From the NCBI GenBank assembly GCA_043228905.1, contig JBHGNT010000021.1:12772001-12836000 (forward strand): DNA of 64,000 nucleotides, given 5' to 3'. Of this stretch, positions 1 through 12,451 are shown piece by piece. The translations under genes were made by a program, and so were the position numbers. The notes beneath the pieces are model-generated. The model was not told the origin of the DNA, did not search any database, and worked only from the letters and a program-made list of their open reading frames with translations. Source of the stretch: Azolla caroliniana. Taxonomy: Eukaryota > Plantae > Polypodiophyta. Position 1 is the stretch's first letter. Each line of letters starts with the position of its first letter.

Positions 1-293
1 AGGGGTTACTGCAGAACGGAAGGAGGGAGCTCTCTCGAATCGTCGCTCTCTGCGGGTGTCGGGAGGTCGTTGCCTCTGCTTCGTGGACAGCCCGTGTGCT
101 TCCAGCAGAGTCGCTCCCTTTCCCCTTTTGTTTCTTGGAGTCGTGTGACTGTCGTCGGTGTGCGTGAGTAGGGTCCCCGTGTCGGGTCCGTCGCCGCTTT
201 GTCGATTGTAACTGTCGGAGTTTGTAATCTCTTGTCATTATAATTAAGTGTTATGTTCTATATCTCTCTTTCTCGCTTCTACATGTCGGTGAA

Positions 294-324
<31 letters not shown>

Positions 325-393
325 CCTTGGTCCTCGGTCCAAGACCCCCGTGGTCCCGCCCCTTTCTACACGTACGCGCGTAACAACGCGACA
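1..393 (+). repeat. 5' LTR (partial) of element A
   Basis: Ends CCAAGACCCCCGTGGTCCCGCCC...AACAACGCGACA, shared with LTR ends at 5048, 5212, 18190 and 21981; followed by a PBS. Confidence 0.9.
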
Positions 394-397
394 TATT

Positions 398-415
398 TGG
401 TGAACCCGACGTGAA
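398..415 (+). promoter_or_regulatory. Primer-binding site, tRNA-Trp
   Basis: TGGTGAACCCGACGTGAA, 4 nt after the LTR; complement of the plant tRNA-Trp 3' end (...TTCACGTCGGGTTCACCA, from memory). Identical at 18195-18212. Confidence 0.85.
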
Positions 416-437
416 CGGGCGGCAAAGGAGTCGAAAC

Positions 438-2573
438 ATGAGGGGATAAGACCTAGCAGAGGCAATGGCGGTAGCCGTCGACCGGCTGGTAAGCGCTCGT
501 GAGGGGATGGGTACCCCCGACAGAGCCATTGAATCAATCGTCGGCTCTATAGGCCGCTTCGGAGGGAAAGACGCCACAAGTTATTTGGAGGCTTACCGGG
601 CCGAAATGATCATGAGGGATATCCCGGTGGACAGGCGGCTGTCCGGATTCCCTCGGGTCGTGACGCCGAGCATCCACGCGGAGGTGCTCGAGGTGCTGGC
701 TGGATGCCAGACTTAGGAGGAGTTCGAGCTGCAGCTCCTCGAGAAGTACGGGTTTGACGACTCGCTTCGGTTGTCGAGGCGGAACTTCATGGCGTGGGTG
801 GAAAGCCCTGGAAAGGGGAGGAACACGTTGGTGCTCCTCCAAGAGTTCGAAAAACGGTTTGCACGGTTGTCAACATTGGACCGGACGGTGCTCGAAATGA
901 GTCGAGTACTACTGTTTGTCAAGTCGGTGGACGCGCTCGACAGGGAAAAGGTGGGTCCCCTATTGGAAACAGACGAAGGGCTCACGGCAAACTGGGCCGT
1001 GGTAAAATGGGTCTGAAGCTGTTTCGACAAACGATGCGATTGGAGCTACTAAAGCTCGTCGGGGTCAGGGCCGGTCCCGGGAAGGAGGCTCGAGGAGCCG
1101 GTATCGGTGCCGGCCGGTAGGAAGGAAGAGACCCGAATCTGGCTAGAGTCGGGGTCGGCATCGAAGGACGTGGTCAGAGGCCCATCCGGAGGAGCGGCTC
1201 TGGAGGAGCTGACACAAATGGTGTGCGACCTGCAGATCGCACAGGCCCGGAGAGACAGCGGCGAACAACCTCGCGACCGGAGGCCGCCGGCTGGGCAGCG
1301 GTGCATGTAGTGTGACGCGATCGGTCACATTCGGGAGGATTGTGCGGATTTCGCCGACACACTCAGGACCAACATGGTGTACCTCTGGAACAGGCGAGTG
1401 CACGCGAGCGAGACCCGGAGAGCCCTAGAACTAAATACGGGGCGCGACGAAATGAAGAGGTTGATGGAAGAGGCCGCGGCACGGCACGTTAAAGCCGTTA
1501 ACTACTCAGTGTCGGCGGGAATTCGGGTCGGGGGTGACGAGACCCGGAAGGTGAAGGACTCCGGATTCTGGCCGCTAGTGCTAGAAGGCCTCTTCGGAGT
1601 TCAGCTGAAGAAGGAAGAGGCGGACCGCGCGGAGCAGAGGGTCCAGAAGGTCACCGGTTGGGACGATCCGGTCGAAGAGAAAACAGGCTTCGTAGAAGCC
1701 GCTTGCTAGAACTACAAGGTTCTGGTGGAGGACAAATGGGCAGGAAAGGCTGGAGGGGTCGGTCCCCCATAGAGGTATGAGACCCGGTTCGGACCGAAAC
1801 CGACCGGTGCCGACAACCCAAGCGCGCCGGACGGAAAGAAGCAGGCGGGGTTTCGGTTGAGCACCGAAATCGAAAGGACCACAGACCTGCGAAAGGTCCT
1901 GGAGGAACGTATCCTCGATAGTAAAGTGGAGCTCTCGTTGCGGGAGGTGCTGGGAATCGCCAAGAGGGAGTTCCACGACTCCATCGTAGACTTGGTGAAG
2001 CGGAAGAGGCTCTCGACGGAGCCGGAACCGGGGAAGCCGATGGAGGTGCGGACCATGCACTTGGAAGACGCGGCCCTAGAAGACGAGTTGGCGGAAAGCC
2101 ACTACACGAAGCCGCATTGGGCCAGGGTAACTACGGAAACCCCTGTACGGATCGGCAACGTTCCGAAACCGGTGGTGGCGTTGGTAGACCATGGATCTGA
2201 AATCAACTTGATGTCCATGGATTTCTACAAGAAGGGTAAATGGCCGATCAACACCAAGCATCGCTGGAAAATATGGGCAGCGACGCGTGCCACAGAAGAA
2301 CTACATGGAGCCTGTCCGAACGTACGAGTGAAAATCAGCGATGTCGAGATTGACCAACACTTCTTCGTGCAGGAGGCATCCTCGCATCCGGTTATACTAG
2401 GAGAGCCGTACATCACGGCGGCACGGATGGAGACGAAGGTGTTGGACAACAGTTCAGCCTATGCAAGAGTCAAGAGCCAGGACGGGCGTCACTCCGTCCA
2501 ATTCCTGACGATGCGACCAAACCATGAGCGTAACCGCGAGGCCCTTGGCGGCGAAACCCGAGGGGATTTTTAA
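438..2573 (+). pseudogene. gag-protease of element A (single frame, several premature stops)
   Basis: ORFs 465, 771, 1107, 1374 and 1857 share one frame; CCHC knuckle CM*CDAIGHIREDC near 1303-1345; aspartic protease motif ALVDHGSEINLM. Confidence 0.85.
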
Positions 2574-3902
2574 AGAGGGCTATCAAAGCGTGGGGCCGCA
2601 ATAGTCCGAACACCCGGGAAAAACCCCACAAATGTACAGTACAGAAGAAGCCGTACCGATTCTTCTTGCGGGACGGGTGCATATGGAGGCACCCAAAGAA
2701 GAGAAACGGCATCCCACTCCGAGTAGTGGCAAAGAAAGAAGAACAGGGGAAACTACTGGCAACATTTCACGAGACTCCCTAGGCCGGACACCGTGGAACA
2801 TGGGCCACGTTCGAGAAGCTGAAGGAGAAGTACTGGTGGTCGGGGCTATACCAGGACGTGCATCGGTTCGTAATGACTTGTGAAAGTTGTCAGATGCACT
2901 CCGTAGTCTGACATCGGGACGAGCTACACCCGACTTACCCGCCTGCGGTCCATTTCAAGTGGATGGTGGACTTGGTGACGATGTCGATGGGAGTAGGACA
3001 GATGCGATACCTAGTGCTTGCGCGGGAAGACTTAACGAACCAAGTGAAAGGCCGCGCACTGCAGAACAAGACAACTGCGGCGGTATGCCTGTTCCTGATT
3101 GAAGAGGTAGTGTGTTGGTACGGGTGCGTCGGGAGGATCGTGGCGGACCGGGGAGAGCTGGATGCAAGGGAGGCTGAGGAGCTGTTCGACTGGCTAGGGG
3201 TCAAACTCTCCCTCACTACGGCATACAATCCGGAGGCGAATGGAAAGGTAGAACGTGGGCATGGGCCGATCGTAAAGGCGTTGGTGCGTGCATGCGGAGG
3301 GCAGGTCGGGAATTGGCCGCGACTCCTTCCTTACGCACTATGGGCGGACCGAACTACGCACAGTTCGGTAACAGGGTTTATGCCGGCAGAGCTGATGTAT
3401 GGACAGAAGCCGATCATGCCAGTGGAATGGACGGTTTCTTCGTGGGCGGCGGTAGATTGGAAGGACGAGATGAGTCGGGAGGAGTTGCTGGCGGCGCGGA
3501 TTTGGCAACTCGAGCGAGGACATGAAACGGGCAAAGGAAAAGTTGCGGGCAGCAAGGGAACGGAACAAGACCCGGTTCAACCAGACGCACCGGTTGCGAC
3601 CAAAGAAGATTGAGGAAGGCGACTAGGTCTTGGTGTACGACAGCAGCCTCGACAATCAGCACAAGGTGGTGCGAAAGTTTGCGAGGAGATGGTTCGGGCC
3701 CTACACGGTGACGAGCGCGAACGACAACGGCATGTACCACCTCGCGGAACTTGACGGGACACGGCTAGCAGTACCGGTGGCTGGGAAGCGGATCAAAGCG
3801 TTCAAGAAGCGGTTCGAGGACGAGCCGGACCTAGAGGGCGTGGACGAGAGCGACGACGACGATCAGTTCGGGCTTGGCAAAGAATCGGAGTGCGCCGACT
3901 GA
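2564..3902 (+). pseudogene. Integrase of element A, in the -1 frame from slippery site GGATTTT
   Basis: HHCC zinc domain (FHE..GHRG...CESC) and rve core (VDL...ADRGE...YNPEANGKVERG), then WFGPY C-terminal region. Confidence 0.85.
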
Positions 3903-3971
3903 AGCCGGTTTTCTTCGGTATCAACCTGTCTCTGGTGCATGCCGGTGGATGCGCGGTTTGGTGGGGGTGGA

Positions 3972-4809
3972 TTTCGTGAAGAAAACCGACCATAGGCGTA
4001 TTCGGGCAAAAAGGCGCATGAACCGGCTCTTACACGGATGGACGTCGAATTCTCTCTCCTCCTCCGACCGTCATTCTCTGTGGGTGCGGGGAGTTCGACG
4101 CCTCTGCTTCGTGGGTAGCCCGTGCACTGCCAGCAGAAGCTTTTCTTTCTGCGTTTCTCTGGTCCAGTGTGTTCCGTCTGTGTGCGTGAGTAGGGTCCCC
4201 GTGTCGGGCCCATCGCCACCTTGCCGGTTGTAACCGTTGTCGTGAAGAATTTCGGCCAGAGGCGGAAACCGGGAAACATTGGCTACATCGGTGGTGTGTA
4301 GCATGTGTGCTCACCCTTGTACATTTAGTGTGAATAACGAGGGCGCCTTTATGGCGCCAAAGAGTAGTCAAGTCGGGACAGACGATCCCATGTAAGTCGG
4401 GGTTTATCCCACATTGTAACGCATCCCTCTCCTTGTTCTATAAAAGGAAGGGAACGCCCTTTGTGAAAAGGGTTGCCCATTTTGCGTTAGAGGGTATACC
4501 GTTAGATTTACGGTTAGTTACATCTCTTCTTCTTCTTCTCCCCCCCCCTTTTTGTGTTCGCTTAGGGTTTGCTTCAGCTCGTCTCCTGCGCAAGACCCCG
4601 CTCGGCGCGACAAGCCCGTGAGCTCCCCGACCGGCGGCTTGGCAGCCGACGACTACTGTAACCTACCTTGGTCCGGCTCGAAGCCGGGAATGTATTCTTC
4701 CTTTTATATATATACATTTGCGTCTGTCTGTGTATATTCGCGTCTCTGTTGGTGTCAGGTGCTTCCCCTTTCCTGCGTTTCCTGTACATAAGGGCGTGAG
4801 TCGGGTCGG

Positions 4810-4866
<57 letters not shown>

Positions 4867-5212
4867 GTGTGCATGAGTCGGTGTCAAGCACGCGCTCCCT
4901 CTCTTTCTCTCCCTCCCTTCGGTTGCTTCCGGTGTGCTTCTGGGATGCCCCGGAAACGGTGAAGTACGACTTCCTACGCTCCGTCACTCCCTAGTCCAAG
5001 AACCCTGTGGTCCCGCCTTTCTCCACGCACGCGCGTAACAACGCGACACCATCGGAGTTTGTAATCTCTTGTTATTGTAATCCAGTGTTCCTCGCTTTTG
5101 TGTGTCTGTGAATCTCTCGCTCTCTCACTCTCTCTCTCTCCCTCTCTCGCTCCTCGGTCCAAGACCCCCGTGGTCCCGCCCCTTTTACATGCACGCACGT
5201 AACAACGCGACA
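3972..5212 (+). repeat. 3' LTR of element A, interrupted by a solo LTR
   Basis: Starts TTTCGTGAAG (TGTCGTGAAG in sister LTRs) after GGTTTGGTGGGGGTGGA; resumes at 5049 colinear with the 5' LTR. Confidence 0.85.
4238..5048 (+). mobile_element. Solo LTR of the Trp-primed Gypsy family, 4-bp TSD CCGT/CCAT
   Basis: TGTCGTGAAG...AACGCGACA termini; TATAAAA near 4439; host LTR continuous across the site; contains (TG)n at about 4812-4871. Confidence 0.88.
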
Positions 5213-7797
5213 ATGGCTGATTTCGTCTAGGTCGGCACAAGTGATAACAAGATCATCCACATAGAGCAATATGCTCACCAGTCTGTTCCGACCTTGCCGG
5301 ATGAAAATCGAAGAGTCCGATTTTGATGTAGCAAACCCCATCCAACGCAGTCTTTGCATGATCTTCGTGTTCCAGGCGCGCGGGGCTTGCTTGAGTCTAT
5401 AGAGGGACTTCTTCAATCAGCATATTGCCGATGTACTCAATACGGACTGAAATACAATGGGCCGAACCATATATACATTCTCCTGAAGATCACCTTGCAA
5501 GAACGCGTTCTTTACATCCATTTGATGTAGATGCCACCCCTTCGCCTTTGCCACCGCAAGCAAGACATGGACGGTCGTCATCTTCGCGACCGGCGCAAAC
5601 GTCTCATCATAATCAATGTTGTGCTGCTACGCATAGCCCTTGGCCACTAACCGGGCCTTCTACATGTTGACGGAGTTGTTGGTGTTGTATTTAACCTTGC
5701 ATACCCACCGGCAACCAATCGGCTTCACTCCTTTTGGTACATCCACTAAATCCCATGTCTCATTTTCCGTGAGTGCGTGCATTTCTTCCTCCATAGCGGC
5801 ATGCCAATTTGCGTCCTTCACCACTTCAATGTGCTCTTTGGCTCACACTCAGTTGCCACCTTCGCCATGTACGCATATGATGCGCCATATATTCGTTATA
5901 CCCGTACCTCTTCACGAGGTTCTTCATGTGGGTGGATCAGCCCAATTCCTGATTCGCCGATTTCGTGGCCTTCTTGGCCGTTTTGGACTTCTCTTCCGAA
6001 GGTCCATCTTCGTTCTGTCCGTACTCAGATTCGCTCCAATCCGACTCATCTCTGCCGATGTCGTATTCCAACATCTTCTTCTTCCCCTTCTCTTTGCGCA
6101 TGAACCGTCTCCTCGGTTCCTTGCGTAAGGAGAGCACGGTCGAGTCTCCACTACTCATCGGCTCATCATCTGACTGGTCCTTCCGATTCGGTCACTCATT
6201 CAGCCCACTTAGCCGGAATGAGATCGGACTCTCATCCAATGTACCAAATCCTTCATCGTCTTTTGCCCAGATCGTTTCGGGCTCACTGGCCTCATCCTCC
6301 AGAATCTGGTCGGAGTCCAACATCAGAGCTAGTAGAGAGTACCACGATGCCGACTCATCAAATTCGACAGCTTGGCTCACTCAAACTTGTTTTGTTCGGG
6401 GGTTATAACACATATAACCCTTTTGATCATGTGAGTAGTCGACAAGGATGCACTTCTCCAACTTCGGGTCCAGCTTTCTCCACTTCTCATCCGGCACATG
6501 CACATAGGCTATGCTACCGAATATCCTAAGGTGCCTTAAATTCGGCTTCCGCCCGAAATTCAGCTCGTGTGTTGATACCTTATCCCCGATCCAATTTTGG
6601 ATGTAAACGTCTGTCTAGACCGCTTCAACCCGGTAGAACTTTGGGCATGCTCTTCTCCTCCAACATCATCCTTGCCACTTCTACTAGCATCCTATTCCAA
6701 CGCTCAACCACACCGTTCTGCTCTAGCATGTATCTGCAAGAGAATTCCCGTCGAATTCCCTTCGTCTTAAGATAACTCCTGAACTGGCCGGAAAAGTACT
6801 CTTTTCCGCCATCTGATTTCAGACACTTGATCTTTCTTCCTGTTTCACGTTCGACAAGGTTTTTCAAATCCTGGAAGCACAAGAAGACTTCGCTTTTCTT
6901 CTCGATTAGATAGATCCAAGTGTGCCAAGGGAAACCGTCGATGAAGGAGACGAAATACCGACTCCCACCGATGCTCATGTTTTGTGCTAGTCCCCACACA
7001 TCCGAATGGATGAGATCAAGCTGATTCCGGCTCCGATTCTTCTTGTTGGGGAATGGAAGCCTATGTTGCTTCCCAAGCTGGCAAGCTTCACATATTTCGC
7101 CTTTCCGGCCACTGAATTTTGGCAATCTGAAAACAACCTGTTTCAATTGTAGGTCTTGAAGCCTCCGGTAATTGACGTGGCCAATCCGCTTGTGCCACAG
7201 ATCGATATCCGACTCAATCTTCTAACCCTTTGCGAATAGGGTGGTGCCTACGTTAGTTTTGAGGATGAACATCCTCCCATCCTGGCACCCTTGCGCAATA
7301 ATCTGGCCCTCTTCCGCAATGAAGCACCTGAGGTGCGTAAACCGCACCTGCATTGCCTGGTCGACAATCTGTCCAACCAACACCAGGTTCTTTGTGATTG
7401 TCAAAACATGTAGTCCGTTCATAAGCTTCCCTTTCTGTCTAACATGACTCAAGGGAACTTCTCCAACATGCAGGATTGGGTGAGGAGTGTCATCTCCAGT
7501 TTCGACAACTCCCGGTTGCTCTTGCTTTTCCAAAAACCAGAACCACTCTTCGTGGCTATTCATGTGGTTAGATGCTCCGGAGTCAACGTACTACAATTCC
7601 TCCGATCTGAGAGTGGTCTTCTTCATCTAGTTCGCCTTGTGTTTCATCACAAAGGTTGGCCCTTTTCCGGTCTTTCCGATTCCAAATCCTTTCGATCCTT
7701 CTGTGTAGTGCGAGCTATGCCGGTTTACCCGTCCGGCCTTACCGGATCAGGATTTGTCCGAATTGGCGCGCATCTTCTAACACTTGTTGTCTCTGTG
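5213..7797 (-). pseudogene. Copia B pol (PR-INT-RT), fragmented
   Basis: ORFs 7222-7563, 6625-7146 and 5072-5416 carry Copia motifs in PR-INT-RT order. Confidence 0.9.
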
Positions 7798-9826
7798 TGT
7801 CAAGATTCGAACTCTTGACATGACCATGTTATAATTGAGTGTTATGTGTTAACCACACATCTAGCATATAATCATGTATATATTTCCTCATTGTAGGTTT
7901 TAGCTAGCATCATGTGCATAATTTCTCCCTTGTATTATTAACACTTGGCACATGCATGTGTACCTACTGCCTACATGCTCTATTGTATCACATGCTTGCA
8001 ACAGGTATGCATGCCACTTAGTATAAATAGTTGAGTTCACCTTGAAGGAATTCAAGGTGAACAACGCCAGTCATGGACATATCAATCTAGTATTCCCATT
8101 TTGCCCATCCTCTCTCCTTGATCTTCATCTCTATCTTTATGCTCTTGTTCCTCTCGTCATCGCTCCGTCATAGCCTCATCATCTATGCTCTGACTTAGTC
8201 CGCGCTTGGTGTGTCCGTGACAGTTCGTTCACCTCCCAACTAGAAGCATCACCCGTCTCCGTCATCGCCTTTACTTCTAGAGTTACCATCGTCACCGTAC
8301 CATCATCAACATCGCTTCATTTCCTATCTTCCTTGCCATTTCTATCTCCTAGTTTCTTCTCATCATTTTCATTGGCTTTTAGTTTCTCCTCATCATTGTC
8401 TCTATTTTTTAGTTTCTTTCCCATTCATGTTCGTGTTCCAGTTCCCAGTAAGGGCAGCACAAGGCCGTTCACTCCTGTTGGTGTTCGTGTTCAAGTTCCC
8501 AGTGAGAGTCGCATGGTCGCTCAAGCTCGTTCGTGTTCGAGTTCCCGGTGAGGGCTCGCTCACGCCCGTTCGTGTTCGAGTTCCTGGTGAGGGCCGCATG
8601 GTCGCTCACTCCCGTTCGTGTTCTTGTTCCCGGTGAGGGTCGCATGGTCGCTCACTCCCATTCGTGTTCTAGTCTCAGGTGAGGACCGCACATGGACACT
8701 CACTCCTGTTGGTGTTCGTGTTCGAGTTCCTGGTGAGGGCCGCTTGGTCGCTCACGCCCGTTCGTGTTCGAGTTCCTGGCGAGGGCCGCATGGTCGCTCA
8801 CACCCATTCGTTTTCGAGTTCCCGGTGAGGGTTGCATGGTCGCTCACTTCCGTTCGTGTTCCTATTCCCGGTGAGGGCCGCATGGTCACTCACTCCCGTT
8901 CGTGTTCCAGTCTCCGGTGAGGACAGTATATGGTCGCTCACTCTAGTTATTTTTCATGTTCCACATCCCGGCGAGGACCGACATGGTCGCTCATGCCCAT
9001 TGTGGTTCATGTTCCAGTTCTCGGTGAGGAACACACATGGTCGCTCACTCGTTCGTGTTCCAATTCTCGGTGAGGACAACATGGTCACTCACACCCGTTG
9101 GTGTTCGTGTTCCAACTCTCAGCGAGGACCGTTCCAATTCCCGGCAAGGACCACACATGGTCAATCATGCCCCTTGGTGTTCATGCTCCCCATGAGGACC
9201 GCACATGGTCGCTCACACCCGTTGATATTTGCGTTCTAGTCCTGGGCAAGGACCACACATGGTCGCTCATGCCCGTTGGTGTTGAATACCTCGTCTTGTC
9301 TAGGGTTCACAAAATACATTGGAGGTGATCTAAGATTTTCATCAACAATATCCCCTTAAGCCGACAAACGATTTGGGAAGGCATCGTTGGAGGGGGGATA
9401 ATATCAAGATTTGAACTCTTGACATGACCATGTTATAATCGAGTGTTATGTGTTAACCACACATCTAGCATATAATCATGTATATATTTCCTCATTGTAG
9501 GTTTTAGCTAGCATCATGTGCATAATTTCTCCCTTGTATTATTAACACTTGGCACATGCATGTGTACCTACTGCCTACATGCTCTATTGTATCACATGCT
9601 TGCAACAGGTATGCATGCCACTTAGTATAAATAGTTGAGTTCACCTTGAAGGAATTCAAGGTGAACAACGCTAGTCATGGACATATCAATCTAGTATTCC
9701 CATTTTGCCCATCCTCTCTCCTTGATCTTCATCTCCATCTTTATGCTCTTGTTCCTCGCGTCATCGCTCCGTCATAGCCTCATCATCTGTGCTCTGTCTT
9801 AGTCCGCGCTTGGTGTGTCCATGACA
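7798..9826 (+). mobile_element. Non-coding, non-autonomous LTR element C (TRIM/LARD-like, chromovirus-type LTRs), TSD CTGTG
   Basis: 425-bp LTRs 7798-8222 and 9402-9826 (TGTCAAG...TGACA); PPT GGAGGGGGGATAA 9389-9401; TSD 7793-7797 and 9827-9831; inserted in the Copia B zinc knuckle. Confidence 0.93.
8427..9285 (+). repeat. Tandem array of ~45-50-bp units inside element C
   Basis: Unit approximately GAGGGCCGCATGGTCGCTCACTCCCGTTCGTGTTCGAGTTCCCGGT, roughly 17 degenerate copies. Confidence 0.9.
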
Positions 9827-10267
9827 CTGTGGCCCTTCCGGCCACAATACCAACATTCTGATGTGGTCTTCTCTTGCTAGTTTCCGGCATCGCTTTGACT
9901 CCCCCTGCTTCCAAAGGATCTAGAACTGTTGTCGGCACCATCATCGTGCCTCCGATTTTGCTCTTGTCAACCTCTTCCACCGCGTGCCAATCCGCCTTGT
10001 CCGCCACGACCCCAGGACCTCTCCGCCTCCGTGTACAACATCTTGTTGTCGGTGTGCGTGCTCGTTGACACACCCTCGTGGTTCTCCTCTACTAAGAGCA
10101 TCAACTCTACTAGTTGGATCGGTCGAGCTTCTCCGTCAGAAGCGAGCTAACCATTCCTCGTTCCATTCCAACCTTTGATTTCTGTTCTCTATTAGGTGTT
10201 AGGGATAGTCTTCAGAAATAAATGCTTGTCCGTTGCAGAGGTTCTCAACCCTCGCGCTTTGATACCA

Positions 10268-11403
10268 TGTGAAAGTGAATATGCGGAAGCTAAGACAGAA
10301 CCGGCTCGACCGAATAGCAACATAATACATACAAGTTTAATGGAACCTTAAAAATACACGAGAGAGATAGAGAGAGCAGAACAGTAAAACTCAATTCAAA
10401 ATAATAACGCTCTATACATACAATGTGCTCAGTGAGCACTTTTATACAAGTCCTTAAAAGGATTGACATAAGTGCTGACAAGTACTTCAATGCTCATACG
10501 AGCAACTAACACTGTCTCCTAAAAATATGCCTACGTATTGTTGGGAATATGTCCCTCTAGTGGGAGGAAGAACCGACTGATCCAAAAGCCGACAGTCGAT
10601 GACAGGGAAGATCTGACTGTTCGGAAAGCCGACAATCGAAGAGTTCGAAAACAGTGAGTCAACTGTTTGAAGATTCGACTATTATTATTATAGTAATAAT
10701 AATGATGATGATGTTAGGAAACAGGTCTCTCGGATGGGGAGAGAGAAGAGCCGAGTTGATGAGGGACTTGGTCCAGGCCGAAACCGGAACCGTGTAAATA
10801 GCCAACTCGGGAGACTATATTTGTAAATAGTCTTAGTGTGCACCCCATGAGGGCTACGTATGTAAATAACCAGAAAGTTGCGTAAGTATATATGCAACTA
10901 GGGCAAACATGTTGTATGAGAGACGTGGAAAAAGTGCAGAAGTTGAAAAGTGCAGAGAGAGAGAGAGAGAGGGAGGGAGAAGCGTGAGCCGCGCCATAGT
11001 TGTGTGTGTAACAGCAGACGCGAAGAGCCCTGTGTGACAGAGTGTTGTATTCCTCGCAATGTTGTGTATCCACTTTGTATAGTGAAGATTTTGTTCACCC
11101 GTGGTTTTTCCCGTTTTAGGGTTTCCATGTAAATCTCTGTGCACTCTTGTTTATCTTGTCTTTTTGGCATTTCTGTAAATCATATTTCAGCGCGTAGTTC
11201 GTTTATTGTGATCTATTCCACATCGATTTCTCAACACGTATTAGGCTAGATTCGTAGGCCCTTAATGGCCTACCAGTTGCAATCTGATATGGCTCCTGGT
11301 TCCGGATACCATCCGGACACCAATCCGGTTCTCCATTCCGGATACTGATCCGGCTTTTGCTTATTCAGTCGATCTGGATCCGGTTGAGCTTGTCCGCTCA
11401 ACA
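10268..11403 (-). repeat. 5' LTR of Copia B (interrupted)
   Basis: Adjacent to the PBS; outer end matches solo LTR 22939-23410 (TTATTCAGTCGATC...GTTGAGCTTG...CTCAACA). Confidence 0.85.
10539..11236 (+). mobile_element. Solo LTR, TSD CGTAT
   Basis: TGTTGGG...TCTCAACA termini; CGTAT at 10534-10538 and 11237-11241. Orientation inferred from TATA/GA-rich/U-rich order. Confidence 0.88.
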
Positions 11404-12451
11404 GAAATGATATCCCACATTTCATGCTTAACTTGGGTGTATCCTCGTTGCCGCTCGCTTAGCACCTTCGCACCAAATCGGATGGAGAACCGCATTCCGG
11501 CTTCGTCTTCTTGGTTGACCACCCATCCAATCCCGATCGGACTCGAATCAACTGTCATGTAGATTAGAATGTTCGTCCTATACACGGCTTTCTAGAGAGC
11601 TAGTGCCGCCATCAAAATTCCCTTCAGCCTCTGGATCGCCTCTAAGTGCTCTTCACCCCATACGAACTTCCACCCTTTCTTCAGCAAGCCATAGAGCAGC
11701 TCAGCGATGTGCGCGTAATGTTGGATCCATATGTGGTAGAAGGCACAGGCTCCCAAGAACCGTCGAACCTCTGTGACCACCCTTCACTCTTCCTTCATCG
11801 CCGATATGGCATCTACCTTTTCCGGAGACGGTTTTCGGCCGTATGGTCCGCACAAGTGTTCGACCACCAGGACCTCGGATTGTGCGAACGCTGATTTCTC
11901 CCCGGAGAGGGTAAGCCGAGCGCCCTGAAGCATGTACAGTATCTTCTCACAATCGGAGATGTGGTTCGCAACGAATTTCCAGCAGTCATCCATTTCGACC
12001 GATTAGTCCTTCGTGTCCTCCGAACATCCTTTGATTGAGATGTCGTCCCGAAACGGCATGGTGATGTCTGGGATGCAAACCCTCAGCGCCTTGTTCATTG
12101 CGTTCACCATGTGTGCCACCGAATAGGTTCTTCCCTAAGGGAGGGTACATATCCAAACTAAGCCGATAGGGCTCTACATCGTCGTGATGTCCCTACTTTC
12201 GACAGCTAGTTCGAATTGGTCATACCTGGAGTATAACTCTCTGACTCAGTAGATAGACCTTCCAGCGAAGGCCTCCGCAAACTCATTAATTGTCAGCCTG
12301 ACCCTTGCGTTCTGAATGGTCACTTTATTGACCAGTTGTAGGTCTTGAAAAAAGCACAATGTGTTGTTCTTCTTTGGCAACGTGAACCACCGATTCGAAT
12401 ATGGGGCACTCGATGCCACGAGAATCCCCATATCGACTTTCTCCTTGAGTA
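11404..12451 (-). pseudogene. RT and RNase H of Gypsy element E (same family as A)
   Basis: APYSNRWFT..KK...QDLQLVNKVT; YSRYDQF; MPFRDDISIKG (decayed FLDD); VRRFLGAC; RNase H TVDSSPIGIGW. Confidence 0.85.

Larger units (their letters stand above)
1..5212 (+). mobile_element. Ty3/Gypsy element A (tRNA-Trp-primed family), lacking RT/RNase H; 5' LTR truncated by window start
   Basis: LTR end ...GTAACAACGCGACA at 393 and 5212; PBS 398-415; gag-PR and INT remnants; G-rich tract 3955-3971 before the 3' LTR at 3972. Right flank is Copia B RT. Confidence 0.9.
5213..11403 (-). mobile_element. Ty1/Copia element B (decayed; remainder lies upstream of the window)
   Basis: 5' LTR 11403-10268 (TGTTGAGC...TTTCACA); PBS TGGTATCAAAGC 10267-10256 (iMet-type); CWYCGRKGH knuckle; PR VDSGASNHM; INT HSDVWG/SDGGKEY; RT SLYRLKQAPRAW and YVDDLVI. 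Confidence 0.92.

Noticed and set aside
8427-9285. CRISPR-like repeat array
   Set aside because: No unique spacers and no cas genes; a contiguous degenerate minisatellite inside a eukaryotic LTR element.
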